Shown one piece after another: positions 25,348 through 30,368 of a DNA stretch of 32,000 nt. A program made the translations under genes and the position numbers. This DNA is from Gemmata obscuriglobus (GTDB lineage: Bacteria > Planctomycetota > Planctomycetia > Gemmatales > Gemmataceae): contig NZ_CP042911.1 in the NCBI RefSeq assembly GCF_008065095.1, positions 7,620,001 through 7,652,000 of the forward strand. Reading direction: 5' to 3'. Numbering within the stretch: the first letter of the stretch is position 1; every line of letters begins with the position of its first letter. The notes under the pieces were generated by a model, which ran no database searches, was not told the DNA's origin, and worked only from the letters and a program-made list of their open reading frames with translations.

Positions 25348-26769
25348 TCACACCTCGATCTTCTTCCACTTTCCGCTTGCGAACCGCAGTGCGAAAAAGG
25401 TCCCCCGCAGCCACAGGTCGGCGCACATCGCGACCCACGCGCCCAGCAGGCCCATGTCCGCACCTCGGACCGTCCCGAGCGGGCCGAGATCCACCTGCGG
25501 GGCGGTCATCAGGTACGCCAGCGGAATCCGCACGCCCAAGAACCCGAGCCAACTGAACAGCACCGGCACGCGCGCGTCGCCGGCCCCGCGCAGCGCGGCG
25601 GTAAAAATGATCTGACTCGCCAGAGCCGGCATCGCGCACGCGATCAGCCGCAGCGCCGGTGCGCCGGTGTCGACGATGGGTTGCAGGTCGGCGCCCGGAC
25701 AGAACACCTTGAACATCGGTTCCGCCAGGAGCACGAACAGCACGCCCATGCAGCACATGAGCCCCCCGCCGATCGCGAACGCCACCCACACGCTCCGGGC
25801 GGCGCGGTCCGGGGTGCGGGCGCCCAGGTTCTGCCCCACCAGTGTCATCGCAGCGGTGCCGAACGCCGCCCCGGAGAGGAACCCGAGGGCTTCCCAGCGC
25901 AGCGCGATCCCGTGCGCGGACGCTGCGGTGTCGCCGAGCCGGTTCACGATGCTGAGGAACCACAACTGGCAGAACGCGGCCGACAGGCTGTCGATCGCGG
26001 CCGGAACGCTGACCCACAGCAAACGCCGGATCAGGCCGGTATCGGGAACCAAGTTGGCGAGGTGCAGCTTCAGCCCCGACCGGCCGCGCGAGAGAATGAC
26101 GAGTAGTGTGATGCACCCGATTACGTGACTGAGCCCCGTGCCCAGTGCGATCCCGATGAACCCGAAGCCCCGGAACGGCCCGAACCCGAAGCACAGCCCC
26201 CACGCCAACGGCACGTTCAGCACGGCCACGAGCCCGAGCACCTTCAGCCCGGTGCGCGTGTCCCCGGCGCCCGCGAGGCACGCGGCGCACGCGGACTCGG
26301 TGATTTGGAACGCGAGAAGGGCCGCCAGGGGCGTCAGGAACTCGACGCACACCCGCGCCGCGTCGCCCTCGAGCTTCAGGGCGCGGATCAGGTCCGGCAG
26401 CCCCACCAGTGCCGCGACCGCGCCCACAACGCCGAACACAACGGCCAAAACGATGGACTGGCCGGCGGCCCGGTTGGCGAGTGCGAAGTCCCGCGCCCCA
26501 ACGAAACGGGCCACAAGGGCGGTGCTCCCGACGCTGACCAGAACCGTGTAGCTCGACACGAACCAGTACAGGTATCCGGCCGTGTTCAACGCAGACAGGT
26601 ACCCGACCCGGGCCGCCGGATCGGATACCTGAAATCGTCCCGCGAGAAACTGGTCGGAGAGCTGCACGACGAGGTGCAGGTATTGCTGTGCAAGCGCGGG
26701 CAGAGCGAGGACGAGCACCTGCCGCCCGAGCGGGCGAGATAGCGCGTCCTGCGGAGCCGATGTGTCCAT
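25348..26769 (-). CDS. MATE-family multidrug/toxic-compound efflux transporter
   Basis: Track ORF 25348..26775 (GTG); ATG at 26769 is preferred. About 12 hydrophobic segments. N-terminal LALPALAQQYLHLVVQLSDQFLAG is typical of MatE. Confidence 0.85.
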   Translation of the reverse strand: MDTSAPQDALSRPLGRQVLVLALPALAQQYLHLVVQLSDQFLAGRFQVSDPAARVGYLSALNTAGYLYWFVSSYTVLVSVGSTALVARFVGARDFALANRAAGQSIVLAVVFGVVGAVAALVGLPDLIRALKLEGDAARVCVEFLTPLAALLAFQITESACAACLAGAGDTRTGLKVLGLVAVLNVPLAWGLCFGFGPFRGFGFIGIALGTGLSHVIGCITLLVILSRGRSGLKLHLANLVPDTGLIRRLLWVSVPAAIDSLSAAFCQLWFLSIVNRLGDTAASAHGIALRWEALGFLSGAAFGTAAMTLVGQNLGARTPDRAARSVWVAFAIGGGLMCCMGVLFVLLAEPMFKVFCPGADLQPIVDTGAPALRLIACAMPALASQIIFTAALRGAGDARVPVLFSWLGFLGVRIPLAYLMTAPQVDLGPLGTVRGADMGLLGAWVAMCADLWLRGTFFALRFASGKWKKIEV

Positions 26770-26816
26770 GCCCACATCTTAGTGACCGCGGCGCCGACCG
26801 CCGGTCGCCCCAACCC

Positions 26817-27200
26817 TTACTTCTTGGCGGTCTTCCGGCGGGTCTTGGCGACGGCAGCGGTCGGCGACACCGGCGGCGCCTCGGGCTTGGCCCGAAGCAC
26901 CACCCGGAAGCTCCCGAGCATCAGCACCCCGAGCACGTCGGGCGTGGTTCCCGGGGTGAAGATGTCCGGCCGCAGCCGGTAAATCACCCGGCGCCCGTCC
27001 TTCTCGTCTTCCAGCACGCCCGCCTGCCGCATCACCCCGAGATGGTGCGACATGTTGACCATCTTAATCTTCACTAGTTCTGCAAGGTTCCCGACGTGTT
27101 CGGGGCCTTTGGCCAACTGCCACAGGACACGCAGACGGGTCGGCTCGGCCACGGCGGCGAGCAGCGCGGCCACCTTGCGAGCTTCGGCAAACTCGGTCAT
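26817..27200 (-). CDS. ArsR/SmtB-family transcriptional regulator
   Basis: Track ORF 26817..27218 (GTG); ATG at 27200 is preferred. LLAAVAEPTRLRVLWQLAKGPEHVGNLAELVKIKMVNMSHHLGVMRQAGVLEDEKDGRRVIYRL is the HTH_20 pattern. Confidence 0.85.
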   Translation of the reverse strand: MTEFAEARKVAALLAAVAEPTRLRVLWQLAKGPEHVGNLAELVKIKMVNMSHHLGVMRQAGVLEDEKDGRRVIYRLRPDIFTPGTTPDVLGVLMLGSFRVVLRAKPEAPPVSPTAAVAKTRRKTAKK

Positions 27201-27481
27201 TTCGGCACCAGTGGACACCGCAACCTGCGGCGAGGGCGGGCAATTTGTGGAGTTGAAATAGTATAGATCGAAATGGCGTCATGCCACCGTCCAAACGGAA
27301 ATAGGAATGAATTGAGCCGCTTGGGGGCGGTGCATTTGCGTCGTTCGGACGGATCGGTAATGTGGTACAAGAATGAGGGCCGGCAGGAGTCGCACCCGCA
27401 TGTCCCGAGGTACGAACGCGGTGCCTTTCTGTGTCGTGCCACACTGGCGAATGATCTTGGAGGTAAACATTCGCTCTGTGG

Positions 27482-27498
27482 TGGGCAAAATTTGCCCA
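27482..27498 (-). terminator. 17-nt palindrome just 3' of the last tRNA of the array (possible terminator or protein-binding site)
   Basis: tgggcaaaatttgccca is a perfect palindrome 24 nt downstream of the tRNA-His 3' end. No clear U-tract follows. Confidence 0.25.
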
Positions 27499-27522
27499 TC
27501 ACTGCTTCATTCGTGCTCACAG

Positions 27523-27595
27523 GCGGCGCGGGGGGAGTCGAACCCCTCACCTGGGCCGTCACAGGGCCACGTGCTACCGCTACACCACATGCCGC
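27523..27595 (-). tRNA. tRNA-His (GTG)
   Basis: G-1 + CGGCATG TG GTGT AGCGGTA GCAC G TGGCC CTGTGAC GGCCC AGGTG AGGGG TTCGACT CCCCC CGCGCCG C. G-1:C73 is the His hallmark. One A5-C68 mismatch. No CCA. Confidence 0.75.
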
Positions 27596-27680
27596 ATCGC
27601 AAGAACTGAAGAATCCTCCGACCGACCGCTCCGGTTCAAAGCCGCGCGCGCGGCGTTCCGATTCGCGATTGTCAGTTGAG

Positions 27681-27754
27681 TGATCCCGGGTGGAATCGAA
27701 CCACCGACCTCCTCCGTGTCAGGGAGGCGCCTTGAACCACTGGGCCACGGGATC
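27681..27754 (-). tRNA. tRNA-Val (GAC)
   Basis: GATCCCG TG GCCC AGTGGTTCA AGGC G CCTCC CTGACAC GGAGG AGGTC GGTGG TTCGATT CCACC CGGGATC A. No CCA. Confidence 0.85.
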
Positions 27755-27847
27755 GACCGTTCGAGCGCGGAACGTAGCGTGCAGGGTTCGGAGCGTTCGC
27801 ATCTTACGTTCCGAACCCCGCGCGATACGTTCCGCGCGACCTTCAGG

Positions 27848-27936
27848 CGGAGGGGGTGGGATTCGAACCCACATACCCGTTTAAGGGCAACCGCTTTAGC
27901 AGAGCGGCCCGGCCAAGCCGTATCCGGCTCCCGTCC
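27848..27936 (-). tRNA. tRNA-Ser (GCT), class II
   Basis: GGACGGG AG CCGG ATACGGCTTGG CCGG G CCGCT CTGCTAA AGCGG, long variable arm TTGCCCTTAAACGGGTAT, then GTGGG TTCGAAT CCCAC CCCCTCC G. C4-C69 mismatch in the acceptor stem. Confidence 0.7.
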
Positions 27937-27984
27937 GTCGGCCCGCTCAAGTGAGCGGGCGGTGATCGGCGCGCGTGCGGCGAG

Positions 27985-28040
27985 TGCGGGGTGCGGAACT
28001 AACCCCAGTCGGCCGGACCTTTGGTAAGCCCGCACCCCGC
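27985..28040 (-). pseudogene. tRNA-like remnant (56 nt) lacking a D arm, CCA anticodon-like loop
   Basis: GCGGGGT ... ACCCCGC A forms a perfect 7-bp acceptor-like helix. Inside it are GGGCT TACCAAA GGTCC and a degenerate T region (GGGGTTAGTTC). Confidence 0.4.
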
Positions 28041-28065
28041 GCCCGCCGCACGCGCACCGATCGAG

Positions 28066-28137
28066 TGGACCCGCCGGGAGTCGAACCCGGGCTGCCGGCA
28101 TGCCATACCGGCGTCATCCCGCCTAGACCACGAGCCC
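28066..28137 (-). tRNA. tRNA-Ala (GGC)
   Basis: GGGCTCG TG GTCT AGGCGGGA TGAC G CCGGT ATGGCAT GCCGG CAGC CCGGG TTCGACT CCCGG CGGGTCC A. The G3:U70 Ala identity pair is present. Confidence 0.8.
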
Positions 28138-28177
28138 ACAGCAACAGGAGTCCGGCCCGGTGCGCCCCGAACTCCAG

Positions 28178-28245
28178 TGGAACCGCGGGGAGTCGAACCC
28201 CGTGGCCGTGCTTGCAAGGCACAGCCCTCGCCCGCGAGCGATCCC
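28178..28245 (-). tRNA. tRNA-Ala (TGC) with shortened D-arm region (68 nt)
   Basis: GGGATCG [CTCGCGGGCGAGGGC] TGTGC CTTGCAA GCACG GCCA CGGGG TTCGACT CCCCG CGGTTCC A. G3:U70 is present. Only 15 nt lie between the acceptor and anticodon stems. Confidence 0.55.
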
Positions 28246-28326
28246 GTTTGACGAGCTTCGAGTTCGGGTTCCGAGTTGAGAGCGGCGCCGATTCGCGCCC
28301 CAACTTGAAACCTGGAACCCGCTGAG

Positions 28327-28408
28327 TGACCTCGGTGGGAGTCGAACCCACACGCCTCGCGGCAGCCGGCTCTCAACCGACTCTGGCTACCAGTTACAGC
28401 ACGAGGTC
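28327..28408 (-). tRNA. tRNA-Leu (GAG), class II
   Basis: GACCTCG TG CTG TAACTGGTAGC CAG A GTCGG TTGAGAG CCGGC TGCCGCGAGGCGT GTGGG TTCGACT CCCAC CGAGGTC A. Confidence 0.85.
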
Positions 28409-28467
28409 ATTCGTCGCGAGCGGTGTCGTGAACGAACCGTCCGTTCACGACGCACCGCCACCAACAG

Positions 28468-28549
28468 TGGCCCAGGAGGGAGTCGAACCCTCACGCCTTA
28501 CGGCACCGGCTTCTGAGACCGGGGTGACTACCAGTTCCACCACCGGGCC
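28468..28549 (-). tRNA. tRNA-Leu (CAG), class II
   Basis: GGCCCGG TG GTG GAACTGGTAGT CAC C CCGGT CTCAGAA GCCGG TGCCGTAAGGCGT GAGGG TTCGACT CCCTC CTGGGCC A. Confidence 0.85.
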
Positions 28550-28575
28550 AACGTTCGCGCCGCTGCGGCGCGGAG

Positions 28576-28644
28576 TCGCGGAGCCTGGGACTCTAACCCA
28601 GCAACCGGGCATATGAAACCCAGCCGAGCGCCTGCCCGCCCGCG
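28576..28644 (-). tRNA. degenerate tRNA-Met-like (CAT): short D region, non-canonical T loop, acceptor bulge; possibly a pseudogene
   Basis: CGCGGGC [GGGCAGGCGCTCGGC] TGGGT TTCATAT GCCCG GTTG CTGGG TTAGAGT CCCAG GC(T)CCGCG A. The T loop lacks the TTCRA consensus. Confidence 0.4.
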
Positions 28645-28662
28645 AAACATCAGCTCGTCCAG

Positions 28663-28730
28663 TTGCGGGCCTCAGAGTCGAACTGAGCAGCCAGGCTTAT
28701 GAGACCCGGCCGAGCTCCGGCCCGCCCGCA
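28663..28730 (-). tRNA. tRNA-Met-like (CAT) with shortened D-arm region (68 nt)
   Basis: TGCGGGC [GGGCCGGAGCTCGGC] CGGGT CTCATAA GCCTG GCTG CTCAG TTCGACT CTGAG GCCCGCA A. Paralogous to 28576-28644. Confidence 0.5.
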
Positions 28731-28745
28731 ATCGTTTCGGTCCAG

Positions 28746-28820
28746 TGGTGACGGTGGGATTCGAACCCACACTGTCCACGTTCTGAGCGTGGCGACTCCT
28801 GCCAGTTGGTCTACATCACC
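28746..28820 (-). tRNA. class I (short variable arm) tRNA with Leu anticodon CAG
   Basis: GGTGATG TA GAC CAACTGGCAGGA GTC G CCACG CTCAGAA CGTGG ACAGT GTGGG TTCGAAT CCCAC CGTCACC A. The cloverleaf is well formed, but the variable region is only 5 nt. Confidence 0.7.
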
Positions 28821-28873
28821 TCATCAAACCTGCGGCGGCTCGACCGCCGCGCCGGCCGCTCTCGCGCCGGCAG

Positions 28874-28946
28874 TGACCCGTGGGGGAATCGAACCCCCGT
28901 TTACAGGTTGAGAACCTGTCGTCCTGAACCGCTAGACGAACGGGCC
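28874..28946 (-). tRNA. tRNA-Glu (CTC)
   Basis: GGCCCGT TC GTCT AGCGGTTCA GGAC G ACAGG TTCTCAA CCTGT AAAC GGGGG TTCGATT CCCCC ACGGGTC A. Confidence 0.85.
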
Positions 28947-28983
28947 GTATATCACACGCTCACATCACAACCGTCTCATCAGG

Positions 28984-29056
28984 CGACTCGTACGGGAGTT
29001 GAACCCGTGTCTCCAGGTTGACAACCTGACATCTTGAACCGTTAGACGAACGAGCC
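28984..29056 (-). tRNA. tRNA-Asp (GTC)
   Basis: GGCTCGT TC GTCT AACGGTTCA AGAT G TCAGG TTGTCAA CCTGG AGAC ACGGG TTCAACT CCCGT ACGAGTC G. G73 discriminator. Confidence 0.8.
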
Positions 29057-29090
29057 GTTAGTTCCCGGTCTGTACCCAACTCCTAACAAG

Positions 29091-29175
29091 TGCCCCGGGT
29101 GGGAATCGAACCCACATTGTCCGTGAGGACGGCTGCTTTACAGGCAGCCTGGCGGCCCACCGCGCGTCCGGAGGC
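29091..29175 (-). tRNA. tRNA-Tyr (GTA), class II, irregular acceptor/D region
   Basis: GCC(T)CCGG ... GCTGC CTGTAAA GCAGC CGTCCTCACGGACAAT GTGGG TTCGATT CCCAC CCGGGGC A. The acceptor pairs perfectly only if one T on the 5' strand is bulged. I could not fold the D arm canonically. Confidence 0.6.
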
Positions 29176-29195
29176 GTAACCGTCGGTCGTCGGAG

Positions 29196-29269
29196 TAGCA
29201 CGGGAGGGATTCGAACCCACACGCACCAAGGTTTGAGCTTGGCCGCACTCCCGGTTGGCGTACCGTGCC
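29196..29269 (-). tRNA. class I (short variable arm) tRNA with Leu anticodon CAA
   Basis: GGCACGG TA CGC CAACCGGGAGT GCG G CCAAG CTCAAAC CTTGG TGCGT GTGGG TTCGAAT CCCTC CCGTGCT A. 5-nt variable region. One U-U mismatch in the T stem. Confidence 0.65.
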
Positions 29270-29364
29270 ACACGATCATTGCGACATTCGGAACACGGAG
29301 TTCGGAATCAAGAACTCGAACACAACACCGATCAACTCACTCCGCTGATACACCCGCTCAGCCA

Positions 29365-29435
29365 AGCCCTCGGCGGGAATCGAACCCGCGCGTCCGTCAT
29401 ACCAAAACGGCAAGCTGCCACTACATCACAAGGGC
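29365..29435 (-). tRNA. tRNA-Thr (GGT)
   Basis: GCCCTTG TG ATGT AGTGGCA GCTT G CCGTT TTGGTAT GACGG ACGC GCGGG TTCGATT CCCGC CGAGGGC T. Mismatch at 11:24 in the D stem. Confidence 0.75.
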
Positions 29436-29491
29436 CGTACATATCACGTCTTCAACTTCATGTTCCGAACCCCTCGTTCCGAATTCGGGAG

Positions 29492-29562
29492 AGCGCCCAG
29501 CGGGAGTCGAACCCGCACATCCGCCATGGCAAGGCGATAGGCTACCGCTACATCATGGGCGC
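29492..29562 (-). tRNA. tRNA-Gly (GCC)
   Basis: GCGCCCA TG ATGT AGCGGTA GCCT A TCGCC TTGCCAT GGCGG ATGT GCGGG TTCGACT CCCGC TGGGCGC T. U73 discriminator. Confidence 0.8.
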
Positions 29563-29585
29563 GTATCAATCACATCACAAACCAG

Positions 29586-29659
29586 TGGAAGCGGTGGGAA
29601 TCGAACCCACGTACACCTGCTTAAGAGGCAGGCCCCTAGCCAACGTCGGACACACTTCC
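29586..29659 (-). tRNA. tRNA-Lys (CTT)
   Basis: GGAAGTG TG TCCG ACGTTGGCT AGGG G CCTGC CTCTTAA GCAGG TGTAC GTGGG TTCGATT CCCAC CGCTTCC A. Confidence 0.85.
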
Positions 29660-29678
29660 GGCTCGCCCTCGCGGGCAG

Positions 29679-29751
29679 CGGTCCACACGGGAGTCGAACC
29701 CGCACCCTTCCGCTCGACAGGCGGCTGCTCTACCAACGGAGCTTCTGGACC
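29679..29751 (-). tRNA. tRNA-Asp (GTC), second and structurally different copy
   Basis: GGTCCAG AA GCTC CGTTGGTA GAGC A GCCGC CTGTCGA GCGGA AGGGT GCGGG TTCGACT CCCGT GTGGACC G. Mismatches at 7:66 and 27:43. Confidence 0.7.
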
Positions 29752-29771
29752 GTACACGTCACTTCGACCAG

Positions 29772-29853
29772 CAGGTGGCGGAGGAATCGAACCCCACAGG
29801 ACGGAGCCGTCGGTTTTGGAGACCGAGTGCGTTCCCAGACGCGTTCACCACCT
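29772..29853 (-). tRNA. Trp-like tRNA (CCA) with 13-14-nt variable region and irregular D arm (82 nt)
   Basis: AGGTGGT(G) AACGCGTCTGGGAACGCAC TCGGT CTCCAAA ACCGA CGGCTCCGTCCTG(T) (T)GGGG TTCGATT CCTC(C) (C)GCCACCT G. A1:U72, G73 and the anticodon arm resemble tRNA-Trp. An alternative fold has an 8-bp acceptor and a 4-bp T stem. Confidence 0.6.
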
Positions 29854-29864
29854 GTAATTCCCAG

Positions 29865-29937
29865 TACCCCGTGCGGGAGTCGAACCCGACCTAAGCGGCT
29901 TGAAAGACCGCCGACCTCACCGGAAGTCGAACGGGGC
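29865..29937 (-). tRNA. tRNA-Glu (TTC)
   Basis: GCCCCGT TC GACT TCCGGTGA GGTC G GCGGT CTTTCAA GCCGC TTAGG TCGGG TTCGACT CCCGC ACGGGGT A. Mismatch at 49:65. Confidence 0.8.
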
Positions 29938-30368
29938 GTTCCCGTGTCGTCCGCCCCCCGGCCACAAAACGAAACCGGCCGGGGGTCGCTTGTACCCCCG
30001 GCCGGCGCGGTCGCCACTCACATGGCTCGCCAGGGGTTCATCCGCTCGTATCGCTCAGACCGCTCAGAGCCGCTTCGACTTCGACTTCAAGACGCGCGGC
30101 CGTATCAAGACCCAGACCTAACGCATAACCCGCTTCCCAACCGGCCGCGAGATACGTCGCCTTCGCGGCGACGGCATCACTCGTCGCTTGAAGTTCGGTG
30201 CTCGCGTGCCAGAGGGTCATGGTTGTATCGTGTGTAAGCTGTGATCCGTTGTTGTTGACCGCGGGGATTGTTGCCCCTCACTCGCGGTGTACGCTAGATA
30301 GACGCGGAACCTATAAGCGGGTTCGCACGAAACCGATTTTATTTTGTCCCCGTGTTGGGAACCGAACG

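Noticed and set aside
27383-27440. T-arm-like motif GCGGGTGCGACTCCTGC suggesting a further tRNA, or tmRNA-like gene, 3' of tRNA-His
   Set aside because: The T loop is non-consensus (TGCGACT). I could find no matching acceptor, D or anticodon stems in either register.
27523-29937. Regularly spaced repeats (GGTTCGAnTCC cores) as a possible CRISPR array
   Set aside because: The repeated units are tRNA T arms inside full cloverleaves. There are no identical direct repeats or uniform spacers.
29955-29985. 9-bp GC hairpin cccccggcc/ggccggggg just upstream of the first tRNA of the array, as a terminator
   Set aside because: No U-tract follows on either strand; the T-run is inside the loop on the minus strand. 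Its function is undetermined.
30038-30220. 60-aa minus-strand ORF (MTLWHASTELQATSDAVAAK...) upstream of the tRNA array
   Set aside because: Its codon usage, with many T-ending codons, is atypical for this genome. It has no RBS, and no motif that I recognise.
30221-30368. Possible FMN riboswitch upstream of ribD
   Set aside because: I could not recognise the conserved FMN aptamer core motifs by eye. An Infernal RF00050 scan is needed before any call.
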